Assembly: GCA_964016885.1 (NCBI GenBank)
Contig: OZ024740.1
Coordinates: 58,714,001-58,778,000 of the forward strand
Source: Eledone cirrhosa
Taxonomy: Eukaryota
Length of the DNA: 64,000 nucleotides
Direction: 5' to 3'
In this document: positions 25,279 through 38,210 of the stretch, piece by piece
Layout of the letters: each line of letters begins with the position of its first letter
Numbering within the stretch: the stretch's first letter is position 1
The notes under the pieces: generated by a model
What the model saw: the letters and a program-made list of their open reading frames with translations, nothing else
Database searches by the model: none
What the model was told of the DNA's origin: nothing
Program-made: the position numbers and the translations under genes

Positions 25279-26290
25279 GTCATCATCATCATCATGTCTA
25301 ATGGTCAGCAAATATGCAATGAACAATTCTGCTCCATCCTTCTCTATCTTTAATCATATCTTCCAGCTCAATACATTTATTGCTGACCATTTTCAAACAA
25401 TCAAGTGATATGTGGTGTGGTTCTGTCTTCCTCTCTGTCATAGTTGTAGTGACAAGTCACTTCCAACCTATCCTAGCAGAACCACATAATGTATGATCAA
25501 GATATAATTGTCATTTCCTAATGTCTTGTAGTAGTACCAGGCCATCCAGTCACATATTGTCCAAGATATTGCAATTGTTGTCTCCTAATGTTTCGTAGTA
25601 CCAAGCCATCCAGTCACATCTTGTTTGGTACTTGTGAATTACTCACTTTCTTAGTTCAAGGTATGTTCAATATCCTGTGGTAGCCTCACATTTCAAAAGC
25701 TTCTGTCTGTCTCATAATATCTCTAGAGGTGGGTCATATCTCACAACTATATCGGAATAATAACCACACCTATTTTAATCTTCATAAAACTATTGAAGTT
25801 ATTCCACATAAAATGAGCATTATGCTTGAATGCTTGCTTTGCTATTCTCAATTGACATCGGATTTCCCCAGTATCATGACTATCAGCACGTATCATAACA
25901 CCTAGATATCTAAATTTTTACACACATTCCATTGCTTCTCCTTCAATGATCAGCTGCATCATAGTGTCACTATTTTTATCTATAACCATACATTTCGTTT
26001 TAGAGAAATTTACTGTTATGTTAAATTTATGCACAATCCATACTAGCTCCTCAAGAAGAGTTTTCAGAACACTTTCGCTATCAGCAACCAATGCAGTATC
26101 ATTTGCATATATAATACATATAATAATCATATCTCTTACTTGGACACTGTGATCACTTTCTAATGTTTCATAGAAAACATATGCATAAGTATTATATAAT
26201 GTCTGTGATACTACACATCCCTACCTAACCTCTTTAGATACAATAATTGGCAGAATCTCAAACTCCTTTATATATGCCTTCTGGTTTTTA
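25279..26290 (-). mobile_element. Old, divergent RTE-type LINE fragment (different family)
   Basis: Minus-strand YANDTALVADSE...VNFSKTKCMV...FRYLG (degenerate YADD region); (GAT)n tail seen as (CAT)n at ~25280; internal ~63-bp tandem duplication at 25497-25620. Confidence 0.75.
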
Positions 26291-27111
26291 AATAGGTTAG
26301 AAGTTATATAGGACAGAGATCAGGTATAGAAAATATGAAGGAATTGGAAAACTATGGAAGATAGAAGAAACATGTAACAACGGTTTGCTTTATAGATACA
26401 GTGATTAATATGACATACATAAAGTAAAAATGTAAAGACAAGAAAAATTGAACATTCTTTTTATAGTTGCTGGGGAGTTAAATTGTGCTAAAGCTAAGAC
26501 ATAATACTGTTCGCAAGCTAATTGGTTTCGTTATGTGCATAATAGAAAAAAAAATCATGTGAGTTATTGTAGATGGAAATAAGTTGAACATTGTATAGTT
26601 TGATTTTATCTCAATATTTATAACAATATGGTATATATTCCTGATGATACATCTAAAAGTTCTAAATATTTCATTTCATATTTGTTAACTTAGAGATCTT
26701 TATACATGTCCTATGTTATGTATAATGATTGTTTATAACAAATGTTTATGTCATGATCTGCATTAAACTTGGGAATGTTTGTACGTGTTGGTATCTATTT
26801 CCAGTTCTCTTCTCTTTATCATCATTATTGGCAAACTCTGGGTATCAGTTTTAACTTTACAACAAACAATACAATCAGTACTAGAGGTAAGGTAGTGAAA
26901 ATATAGAGACAAATGTGAGAATGGAAAAGAAGAGGTCTACAGAACTGTTACTTTGGTTGACAAGAAAATATTTGTTTTGGTTTTCCATGCTAGTGATATC
27001 ATTTAGACTAGCTATTGGAGAAGAATGATCTGAGTACATTGATTTGTACATGCAGTGAGATTGGCTAAATGGCAGTGTTACGAAAATTGATATCATCTAG
27101 AAAATAAGAAA

Positions 27112-27213
27112 AGTGTGTGACAAGAGAGATTAGTGTGGTACAGTATGTGACATGACATATTAGTGTGGTACTGTGTGTGACAAGGCAAACTAGTGTGGTA
27201 CAGTGAGTGACAG
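27112..27213. repeat. 30-bp tandem repeat, ~3.3 copies
   Basis: tagtgtggtac(a/t)gt..gtgaca at 27131, 27161 and 27191, separated by variable 8-mers. Confidence 0.85.
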
Positions 27214-27239
27214 TCCACTCAACAGGCTTCTAAACAAAT

Positions 27240-27385
27240 TCTAACAACCCAATTTCATTCACAGACTTGCATTAATCCATGGCTATGGAAAAAGTCACAC
27301 ACCTAAGATACCATGCACTGAAAATTAATCCATGATCTCATCATTATCAAGGGAATTACTTAACCACTCTACCATGCTTCTGTCC
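27240..27385 (-). mobile_element. tRNA-derived SINE family C, degenerate
   Basis: Similar to 41140-41285, 56330-56460 (-), 31725-31870 (+) and 39170-39330 (+). Confidence 0.55.
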
Positions 27386-27479
27386 AAGTAGTTAAGATGT
27401 TAGGTGGTTAGTTACATCTTACTTTCTTAAAAAAAGTAGCATACATTGAATCATGTAATCCTACATATACTCCTCAACA

Positions 27480-27770
27480 TCATATCTTCATTAACATTAC
27501 ATCCACTCTTCTATGCTTTCATGGATTGGATAGGTCCTTTTCAGCACAGCCTGCCTCCTCTTGTAGTGTTCCTTTGTCATTCCCACTGTGAGATTCAGCT
27601 TTATGAGATTAGCACTACCTCTGCCCAAGTTTTTCTCAGCCTTACTTTACTACAGCTTCCTTCCACTGGCACTTCTTCACCCATCATTCATCACATTTCC
27701 ATACCAGCACAGTCTTTTCTCATGCACACTACATCTGATCTATCTTATACCTAGCTTTTCTTACTGTTCA
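27480..27770 (-). mobile_element. Degenerate RTE 3' fragment (short-UTR type)
   Basis: Aligns by eye to 37785-38100. Confidence 0.6.
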
Positions 27771-28279
27771 TCAACCTAACCATAAGATGGGAAGGTTTCA
27801 GCTGACCTGGGGCTAAATACATCAACAGAAGTTCAATCAGTGTATCAGCTACTTCTACCTTCCCTGGCTAAGTGTATCATTTACTTACCTTTTATTTATT
27901 ATATATATCATGTTTCTATATAATCAATGGTAAACATTGGAAACCCAAAAGTAACATGTTTATTTTATTTGTTTATTAGAAAAGGGAGGTAATGAAGCTA
28001 TTAGTTATGAAAATGATATTAAACATAATATTTTTCTTCTCTTTTCCCTCTTCTTACTTTTCACAACCTCATGTGAGTTTTACATAAACTTATCTACTCT
28101 TTGATCACAAAAATTCATGTTAATTTAGAGATTAGTAGTTCTAGCATAAAATGATAGGGATTTATGTTATGTAGTTTATGTAGCTGTTAATTTAATATGT
28201 GCAGTATCTCTCTCATTAACACTTAGGTATTCATGGATAAAATATCTTGCAATAATTATCATTTACTTTAAGGGTATTG

Positions 28280-28440
28280 GATTGGCAGAATCATTAGAAT
28301 ATTGAGCAAGATATGTTACAGTATTTAATTATGACTTGTTAGGTTCTGATTTCATGACCTGCTGAGGTCAGCTTTGCTTTTCATCCTTTCAGAATTGATA
28401 AAATAAAGTAACAGTCAAATATTAAAGTCAGTTGAATTAC
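28280..28440 (+). mobile_element. SINE family A, degenerate
   Basis: tggcagaatcattaga...gctttgcttttcatcctttcagaattgataaaataaagta. Confidence 0.65.
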
Positions 28441-28581
28441 TTACACCCTACCTCACACCTTCTGGCTTTGTGTCATATGTTCCATATTTAGAATGGCTTT
28501 TATGGCTATATGCCCTTTATAATGCCAACAACTTTACTGAGTGTATTAAGTGTATTTTATATTAGCACCATCACTAACACC

Positions 28582-29474
28582 CAGTGGCGGACTGGGTCTA
28601 AAAATATTGGTTGCGAGGAGATAAAGGGGGCCCACCCATATATAGAATGCTATCATTTAATTTTCATAATGAATAAATAACATTTTCAAAAAATACATAA
28701 GTGAAAACAGAACAGTGCAATCAAATTTTTGCGGGAAAAAATGTGTATTTTTTTTACTAATTATAGTAATTTACTATATATACTGTACATATTACTGGCA
28801 GTATGCAGTAATACTAAATGTTAATACAGAATGTTATAATTGAATTGAGAGTATACTATTATTTAGAGTAGAGTATGCAAGTGACTGTTCTTACCTTCTC
28901 CAATAAAAAGTATACACATCCAGAGACTTTCAATAATGATCTTTGGTCTTTCACACTCACTCAATATATATATCTGGGAGTGTGTATATGTGTGTACATG
29001 TACATATATAGATTTATATATATGTATACATACATATTTTCAGTCACCCTAGGGACTTTAGACTCTAAAACTGACCACTAATTGATTTTACATGTCTTTA
29101 ACCCATTGATATCAAAAATGATTTGGCCAGCAACTCATGTGTATGTGTGTGTGCCCAAGTATGTGTGCATGCATGAATGAATACAGTAAGCCTGTGATTC
29201 TAACTGTTAGCACTATCATATATTTTGGTTTCTATTAATTCCCTAGGGAATTGTTTAACCAAATACTTTATTTATTTATTTATTTTTAAAAAAATGTTCT
29301 TTCTCTAAGACATTTTTTAAAAGATATTTTTTTGAAAGCAAAGCATTGGCCCCTAAAATAGTACAGGGGGCCCCTGCAATGCTACTGTGGGTCCCTGCTG
29401 TGCTACTGTGGATCCCCCACCCCCAGGGCCCACTTGCCATTAGGCAACCTGGCAACCTGGCCAGTCCACCACTG
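28582..29474. mobile_element. Non-autonomous hAT-like DNA transposon (MITE)
   Basis: TIRs cagtggcggactgg / ccagtccaccactg (13/14); imperfect 8-bp TSD ctaacacc / ccaacact; GC-rich subterminal repeats; no ORF. Confidence 0.75.
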
Positions 29475-30117
29475 CCAACACTTTACAGAATATACTAGAT
29501 ACATTTTACCATGGCGCAAGCACTAGAGAGATTGTTATGTGCTCAGCAAAACTAAATAGTCCACTCTGCCCTTTATTGTCTCCATTAAATTGCCATCCAC
29601 TTTACAGAGTGCACTGAGTACATTTTATATTGGCACCAGCACTAACACTTTATAGGAGTCTACTGGGTTCATTTTATCATGGCACAAGCACTAGGGAGGT
29701 TGCCATGCTCAGCTAAACTAAAGAATTCCCTATGCTCTATATTTTCTCTGTTTGATTGCTATCCACTAAAAAGAAACTTTCCACTTCATGCATTCTTCAA
29801 TCTCTCAAGACATTTACTTTTAATTTCCAAATTTGCTATAAATGAATTAGTTATAAATAACTTTCTCATTCTATGAAAAACAGGTGTCAGAATATTTAAC
29901 AGTAAAATAAATCTTTCGTAATTAAAAGGAAATTTCTAATATTGCTGTTCAATCCAAATTGTGTGAAAATGAAAGCATATAGTATGTACAAGGAAATAAA
30001 ATATCAATCACATCAGAAGTATGGTAGTCATTTCACTACATTCAAGAGGAAGTGAAAATCAACTGATCATATATAATTTATGCTTAAATGAACAAAAAGA
30101 TGGAGCATTTTAACAAG

Positions 30118-30460
30118 TAATCATCATCATTTTATATTCGTTTTCTATGCTTGCATGGGTTAGATTGGTTGTCGTTTCAAAACAAGACTCGTCGGCTAAC
30201 CATGTCTTGCTAATATGTTCCATATTTTGACATCATTTCTACAGCTGGATACTCTTTCTAATGCCAATAATTTTATAGAATGTACTAGACATATTTTATC
30301 ATGGCACCAGCAGTAATTCTTTACTAAGTCTACAGGGTGTATTTTTATCATGGCACCAACACAAGAGAGATTTTCATGTGATCAGCAAGACTGAAGTGTC
30401 CTCTCTACCTTATATTGTCTCCCCATTCAATCACCAATCACTCTACAGCATGTACTGGTC
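30118..30460 (-). mobile_element. RTE-tail short element with two ~48-bp modules
   Basis: (CAT)n, ctatgcttgcatggg hairpin, ttctacagctggat motif, then repeated tttatcatggcacca modules. Confidence 0.65.
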
Positions 30461-32007
30461 GTAATTTTCTGCTTAATAAATTCTTGACACTAAAAGTTTG
30501 AATGCTTTGTGTTATGTAAAACAGATATATGACTGAATTCATGATAGAATTTTTATTAGTTTGTGCATTTAATTGAACAAAATTGTATTTCTAATTTAGA
30601 AAAAATAACTACTTCTATTCCTCTATTTAATGCTAAAAAATATTATGCTGGCTGTGTAAAATAACACATGCAACATAATGAAAGAATCTTTGAACTGAAG
30701 ACTTCCCATATTTTAGTTTCTAAACATTGTTCATATTTTTCTAAACCCACCATAAGGTATTTTCAAAGCTGGCTATTTCTATTAATGGCTAAAATATGAT
30801 CAAAATTTCTCATGATTTCTAATGAATAGTTAATTGATGACAACATTTTCAATAGTTAATTAAAATATTTTGTAGAATATCTTTAGTATTATTAGTTATA
30901 TACAATATCTAATGGGATACAGCAGATTTCAAGTATAAGTGTAGATGAGCTTCAGATAACTTCAATTTCAATGATCTTTTCTTAAAAGTATGACATTTTT
31001 TAATACTTTTTTACAATAAACTCATTTGTTGGAACAATGATATTTGATGTATTGAAAGAATTAGCATTGGAAATTTTCATTGAATTGCTGGATACAAGAG
31101 GACAAAACATCACAACAGCTTGCATGTTACTCATTATTAATGGTTTATTATCATATAGAAACAACTGATTGCACTGAAGAGCTAATCAACATGTTATGCA
31201 AAAATAAAAAAAAATATTCAAATTCTAATAGAAATTTCATGTTAAATTTCCATTTTATGGTTAAAAAAATTTTCTTTTTCCTGTAGCTTTATATTCTAGC
31301 TGCATTGCTGCATAAGCTGGATGTTTCTGAAAATTTTGATATTTGTAAGAATTCTTGATACACGCAAGTTATTGATGGTTAAAGCTATTATGAACAATCT
31401 GAGATAATGTGAGCTGGAGAGGACTCTTTTGTTTTGTTGATAACTTGACAACTTCTTTAGTGCTGGTGCTAAAGTAAAATACTCCCTGTACATTTTGTAA
31501 AGTGGTTGATGTTAGGAAGGACTTGCAGTTGTAGAAACCATGCTAATGTATAAACAAGATGAAATTTTCCAACACATGTAGTCATGGATATGGGAAACAG
31601 ATATAAGATTACGATGATGATGATGATGATGATAACATCTTTGATTAAAGTGAGACTAAATAAATTAAGACAATACATTGCTAATTGGAAGGTTGGAACT
31701 CATTTTTATGAACAATTATTTGCAGAGGCATAAGTGTGAGATTTAGAATCTATCTATGCATCTACATGGATTCAGGTCTAATCCCATTTCACAGCATCTA
31801 AAACAAGTGGTTACTATTGGTTTACCAATGCCTTGTGAGTGAATACAGAGGAAATAAACTGTGAGAAAGCCATCATATATATCATCATCATTTAACATCC
31901 ATTTTCCATGTTTGCTTGTGCTAGGCAGGTTGTTATATTATGAGACAAGACAGGTCAGGTAAAAACGTCTTGCTCATATGGATCTGTATTTGGCTTGGTT
32001 TCTATAG

Positions 32008-32880
32008 AACTGAGAGACCAGGCATCAAAGTTGACAACAGTACATTAAGGATATGAAGGTAGAAAAAGCAGCCGGCCTTTAGAAAATTAAACAATCAGCA
32101 GGGGGGACATGTCATAAATAGTCACCTGCTTAGTTAATTAGGTAGTACAGGAAGGTTTCATATCCAATGACTGGCATAACAACATCATTGTCATCAACAC
32201 TAGAGAGAGAAAATTATGGAGGCATCAAACCTTTAGATCAGTTTATGAAAGACACTGAAAGAATTATTGCACAACTAATCTAAGAGTGGTCAATAGTAAG
32301 AATACCCTAGAGATAGGCTCTCTCTCTCTCTCTCAGATGTTTAAAGCTTTCACTGGCAGTGGTAGGAAGCTTTTGCTTCCTAGATTTCATTAGTAGTGGA
32401 GGTGAGTGCACCAAAACTGCTATAGCTAGAGTGAGAACAGGCTGGAAGAAGTTCAAGGAGCTCCTACAAAAGCCCCCTCAGGTAAGACTGTAGATGACTG
32501 TGTGAAAACTGCAATGCTACATGGGAGTGAGACATGGGCCTTGATTACAAAATACCTGCAAAGGCTAGAAAGAAATGAAGTGAATATACTCTATTGAATA
32601 TGCAATGTAAGTATGCATGAATGATGTAGAATGAGTTAAGAGAAAAAACTTGGCATAAGAGGAATTGGATGCATTGTGCATAGTATGGACATGTGATGTG
32701 TATGGAGGGTGACAGCTGCACAAATAATTGCAGAGAAATCTTGGCAGATGGAACTCATAGAAGAGGCAAACCCAGGAAGACATGGAATAAAGTAATGAAA
32801 CCAATCATAGGAAGCTGAATCTCACAACAAAGTTGACAAAAAGCCATGTTGATTGGTATCATGCTGTTCATGTGAAGACC
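32008..32880 (+). mobile_element. Old RTE fragment with large internal deletions
   Basis: 32040-32283 resembles 22960-23225; 32390-32880 resembles 24040-24590 (ARVRTGWKKFKEL, AMLHGSETW). Confidence 0.8.
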
Positions 32881-33526
32881 CTTCTACTGACCCCTCCTCT
32901 CTTCTCCCCTCCCACTATCACTTCTTAGCTATCTCCACCATAATTAGACATCCTATTCAACCCCCTCTACTGTTACTCCATAGTTATTCTCACCATCACT
33001 GTATACCCCTCTCCCATACCGCACTCCTCAAATCCTTGAATCCACACCCAGTACTGGTGCCACAAAAGGTGTACCCTGTAGGGTGGTTGGTGACAAGTGG
33101 GTCATCCCACTGTAGAAACCATGCCAAAGAAGGACAAGAAAACTTTGCAGTTGTGTCATGGTCACAGCAGCCTTTCTTGTGTTGGTCAGCTACACAATGA
33201 ATGCTCTATGTAAAGTGACTACTGATAGAAAGGGCATTCTCCCATAGAAAACCTGCCAAATAATTCCTAGTGTTAGTGATTACGTGATAAATGAATAAAA
33301 AAAACTTTGTAAACTGGGTGGTGATAGGGAGGGCATTGAGCCATAAAAAATTTGCCAAACAAAGGGTTAGGAGGACTCTTTATCTGTGTGAAGAACACAA
33401 CAGCCTCCCTAGGTTGAAATATGGCTGTTATTATAATTGGTTTCACATATGCTGTATTTATTCCAATATTAGAAGAACTTCCATAGTTGTTCACCTTCTT
33501 TTGTGTGGAATTCTGTATAAGGGTGT

Positions 33527-34106
33527 CATCATCATCATCATCATCAACGTTTAACGTACGCTTGCATGGGTTTGGACGGGGGTTTTCCCACTTGAGGCAA
33601 GAGTGATTATCTTGCTCGCATAGGACTATCTGGCGGGTTTTCTACACCTGGATGCCCTTCCTAACACCAACCACATTTACAGTGTGGGGCTGGGAGGTTT
33701 TTACCGTGTTGCCTACACGGCCACATTACAGTGTGAACTGTGTGTTTTTTTGACGTGACACCTACACGATCTCATTTGTTTCGGCCTGGATGTTGTGACA
33801 CCAACATAACTTTATATTGAAGGGGGCGATGTGGATGGGGTGGGGGTGGTGGTATGGGGGTGTATTTTGTTAGAGATGCCTACTGACTGTAGTAGGTTTT
33901 ACTTTGTATTTAGGTAAGGCGGGTCTTCTTTATTACTGAGTACCGCCAAAGGTCTCGGTCCAGTGACATTGTCTTGGTGAGGTGTAAGTGTGTGAGGTCG
34001 GAATTTATCAGCTCGTCCCAGGTTTTTCTGGGTCTGCCTATTCCATGGCTACCGTCTATCTTTATTGCCCTGCACTTTGTTATACAGCTATCGTCCTTCA
34101 TGCGCA
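33527..34106 (-). mobile_element. 5'-truncated young RTE copy
   Basis: Reverse complement of 24392-24982 (MRMKDDSC...GRPRKTW...KTRLT, 3' UTR, tail). Confidence 0.93.
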
Positions 34107-34139
34107 AGTAGTATTGATAACTAATGTAGTCCTAAATTA

Positions 34140-34450
34140 TGGTGGAAAATAGGCAGTCACTGAAACATTGGATAGACTGCTTTGTGGTATTCGTTCCAGC
34201 TCCTGCCAAAGTCAGCTTTGCCTTTCATCCTTTCAAGGTCGATGAAAAAAGTACCAGTCTAGTACTGGGGTCGATTCTTCCTCTATATCTCTATCTCATT
34301 TCCTCTCTCTCACTTTCTATCCTTCTCTGGAAGAAATCGGCTGTATTCAGGCCTGGAGAGGGGATGGGCTCCACTAGGCTTAAAATGACCAAGAAATGCG
34401 ATATGTCAATATGACACCCCTATGACTCCATCAGGAGTTATGGGGGAAAG
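34140..34450 (+). mobile_element. SINE family A variant with an alternative 3' tail
   Basis: Core ctttgcctttcatcctttcaaggtcgatgaaaaaagtaccag, then a tail matching the reverse complement of 58280-58400. Confidence 0.65.
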
Positions 34451-34614
34451 AGAAAATGAGAAAAAAGTAATAAATTGTGAACTTCATAACCAAAATCGTT
34501 TTATTGGTCACACATGCACAACACTTTACCATCAGTTAACAATGTATTTACAATAAAGAGCCATTAGAACACATTTCCATACAGTACATGCAAAAAAAAA
34601 AAAGAAGATTATCA

Positions 34615-34920
34615 CCTTCATCACCGGTTTTAAGTATATTGTCTGTACTTGCATGTGTTAGACAGGTTGTCACGTTCTGAGTCTGGAAAGGTCAGATGAC
34701 TGTCAGATGACTGTCTCATATGCTCCATTCTGGCATGGTTTCTCTGGCTGGATGCTCTTCCTAATGATAATCACTTCATTACATATAACAGTTGCATTTT
34801 ATCATAACACCAGCACTACCACCTGGCAGGACAGACTGGATGTTTTTCATCATAGCATCAGCAATATAACTTTACAGAGTGGGCTAGGTGCATTTTATTG
34901 TGGTACCAACATTACTATTG
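34615..34920 (-). mobile_element. RTE-tail short element with three ~48-bp modules
   Basis: ggtttctctggctggatgctcttcctaat, then three degenerate ...gcattttatcatggcaccagcact units. Confidence 0.6.
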
Positions 34921-36091
34921 TTAAACACAATGGCTACATTAGTTGATAACATTCTTAATAAAGATAAGACAAACATTTGAAGTAACCTGATAAATCATTA
35001 GAAGATGTTAAGGGTTAAACTGTTTATATTTATCTAAAAATCCTCATCATAATTTTATGTAAGAACCATTATAAGTTATGTTCCAAATACCAACTTAATA
35101 ATGAGAAAGTTATTTATATTACAGAATCCCTTCAAATTCATGATTATTTTCAAAATTATTAAAAAATTGAGGGCAGGTTTCACTAGTTGTCATGGTGGTG
35201 GTGCTGATGGCAGAATTTGAGACAACAATGATGATGGGGGAGAATATGATATGGCATTTTGGTTTTATTTCTTCAACACTAAAACTTAAATAATTTTTTC
35301 CTGCTTGAATATATCTCAGTTTTATATTTTTGAAATCACAGTAATATTTATTTTGTCTGTTTGTTATGGTAATATATTTTCAGTGATTTCAAAACCTTCA
35401 GCACAATATTATAGGAAATATCTCTTTGTTGATTATGAGTGGGGATGGGGAGAGGGTGCATGTATGTATGTATGTATATGTGCATGTGTGTATATGTGCA
35501 TGTGTGTATATATGCATGTGGCTATGTGTGTGTCTGTGTGTCTGTGTGTGTCTGTATTTAAAGGAAAAATCATGAAAGATGGAAAAGATTTTGTGTTTAC
35601 AACAGAATGATATTTATAATATTGTAAGAATCCTGATTATAGAGCTTTAGTACCATGAAGGCTGCTTTAGTGTGTGCTTCAGCAGTTTTTGATATGCTTA
35701 TCACAAGGCAAAGTCAGATGTTTGCAAGAGATTTCCATCATGTATGGCTGGGTTGTTTAAATCTTATCAGATATTGAGCTTTCCCAATAACTTTCTATTC
35801 AATCCTAATACACTCCCACAGCAACGCTATTTCTTGATTTTTGCCAACAATGTACTTAAAAGAAAAATTCTTCTTTTCAGAATAAAGGAAGTTTGAACAA
35901 TAAACTAACTTAAAGGGTGTACAGTTATTTACAAATATCTATTGAGAAAATATAGGATATTGATTTTTGGAGTTGCTGTATCTATTTCTACCATATTAGT
36001 TAACATTTCTTTTTACATACATTTCCATATCTAACAAATAAGTATATTGTGTATTCATTGTTTTTAAATAAATCTTATTTTGATTGTCGAC

Positions 36092-36124
36092 TAATAATAA
36101 TAATAATAATAATAATAGTGTATG

Positions 36125-36183
<59 letters not shown>

Positions 36184-36198
36184 GTATATATATATATT
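36092..36198. repeat. (TAA)n + (TA)n compound microsatellite
   Basis: Seen directly. Confidence 0.95.
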
Positions 36199-37153
36199 AG
36201 AAAATTTAAAAAATCTCAAACACAGAAAATATCTGTAAACACAGTCAATTGCTATAAATAATAGCTTAGAAAATAAAGTACAATACTCTTACATACACAC
36301 ATATTTGTTTAATGGGTATAATGACAAAATGTTTGGTTGGAGAAGGTGTGTTGTTAATGACATTCTTAAAGCCATTAGTAACTAGTGTATAGTACAATAA
36401 TTAACTAGAAATAAAAACAAGAAATTTCTTTCGCTACTGTGTTTGTGGATTCTACATATAAATTATACCATATAAATGTAAATACTATTAGCATCATTTG
36501 TATTTTTGAAAAGTGTTGCAAAAAATACATTTAAGATAAAATTTTGAATTGTTATTGTAAGTTATAAATTATAAAACATATTTCCCAAAGTAAAATGGAA
36601 ATACTTATTTTTATTACAGAAAACCTATTTCTGACATCTATTTTCTGCTAATATCATAAATATAACAGTATTCTGTTCTTCAACATTTTATATAGTATAA
36701 ATACATACAGAGTGTAATGAATATATTTTCGGTTAAGAAATCAGTTTAAAAGTAGAATTGTTACCAGCATAAGGTATATTTAATTGTAATGTTTTGGATG
36801 CTATGATGTTGCCTAAATAACATCTACCCCGAAAGGAAATCTCATATCCAAATCTAGTAGTTAGCATTTGAACTAACATGACAGGCTCCCTAATGTTGGT
36901 GATCTATACAATAAACACACCCAGTACACACTGTTAAGTGGTTGGTGATAGGAAGGGCATAGAAATATTGTCAAATAAAGGATTGGAAGGACTCTCAGTT
37001 TGTTCAACACATGACAACCTCTCCTGTGCTCTCGGTGGAGCATCGACCACGCATAAGTGAGATACAGTTCCCTGGCATACCTGGAAGATCAGTGGCTCTG
37101 CTTCAGTACTGACTTGCTAGTAGGGAAAGCGGATATTAAAATGATGATGATGA

Positions 37154-37303
37154 TACATATGTTTATGTGTAATAAACATACATAAGTCTTGCTATAGTAA
37201 CTTAAGCTGTGATCATGCCACAGCCATTTCAAGTCTATTGCATTAACTGTTTAAGGTACCATAGCAAGACTTATGTATGTTTATTACGCATAAACACATT
37301 GTA
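37154..37303. mobile_element. Foldback/hairpin MITE with ~50-bp inverted arms
   Basis: 37160-37210 is the near-perfect reverse complement of 37246-37296; TA-containing ends. Confidence 0.7.
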
Positions 37304-37407
37304 TATGCTTTCATATACATCTCTATTAAATCTGGTGATCAAGCTTCAAGTGATAGAGTTTGATACTTCAGAAATTAGTCTTTATTAGTGTTTATCACAG
37401 TTGTTGA

Positions 37408-37765
37408 TCATCATCATCATCATCATCATTTAACATCCATTTTCCATGCTAGCATGGGTTAGACGGGTGACCTCTCTTGCTGATATAGGACTGCTTGGAA
37501 CTAGATGTTCACGGCTGGATGCCCTTCCTTATGCCAACCACATTTACAGTGTGCTGGGTGCATTTTATCATGACTCCTACATGACCACATTTGTGGGCTA
37601 GATGTTTTTGTGATACCAGCATAATTTTACTGTGTAAGAGTGGTGAGGACAGATGTGGAAAGGTGGTGTAGGGGATGTATGGAAGCGGGTATAGTGGATT
37701 AAGTGGTTAAGATGTGCCTACCGGGTGTACGTTTGAGTCCGTGTACAAGGGAAGGCGGGTCTTAT
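37408..37765 (-). mobile_element. RTE 3' UTR fragment (related subfamily)
   Basis: (CAT)n tail, ccatgctagcatgg hairpin, ggctggatgcccttcc; ends at the ORF terminus aagacccgccttcc. Confidence 0.75.
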
Positions 37766-38210
37766 GATGATGATGATCATCATCATTTTATGTCCACTTT
37801 TCCCTGCTTGCAAGGGTAGGATTGGTCCTTTTCAGCACAGCTTCTCTCCATTCGTCATTGTCCCTTGTCATTTCCTCCGTGAGCTTCAGCGATCTGAGGT
37901 CAGCTCTCACCATCTCCGCCCATGATTTTCGTGGTCTTCCTCTACAGTTTCTTCCTTCCACTGAGATTTCTTAGCACTTCTTTACCCAGCGGTCATTCTC
38001 CATGCGCATCACATGGCCATACCAATGCAGTCTTCTCTCCCGCACACTATAGTTTATCCCTCTTATATACAGTTTCACTCTCAACTTGTCTATGCTTGGT
38101 CGTTCATGCACATTGACATTGCACATCCATTTGAGCAAGCTTGCTTTATTTCTCTCCAGCCATTGCACATCCTCCAAAGTTGCTGCCCATGTCTCACTGA
38201 TGTATAATAA
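37766..38210 (-). mobile_element. RTE 3' fragment with short 3' UTR
   Basis: Minus-strand SETWAATLED...ERNKASLLKWMCNV...RRLHWYGHVMRM; tail within ~60 bp of the ORF end. Confidence 0.85.

Noticed and set aside
26805-26886. Possible 82-bp + strand exon (tttccag ... gag|gtaagg)
   Set aside because: Splice signals are plausible, but neither open frame resembles SPO11 or any protein I recognise; cannot be supported without RNA data.
35740-35780. tggctgggt...tcagatattgag as the SPO11 WLG..PSDI exon
   Set aside because: The motifs are out of frame (13 nt apart instead of 9), there is no Pro, and no suitable donor follows.
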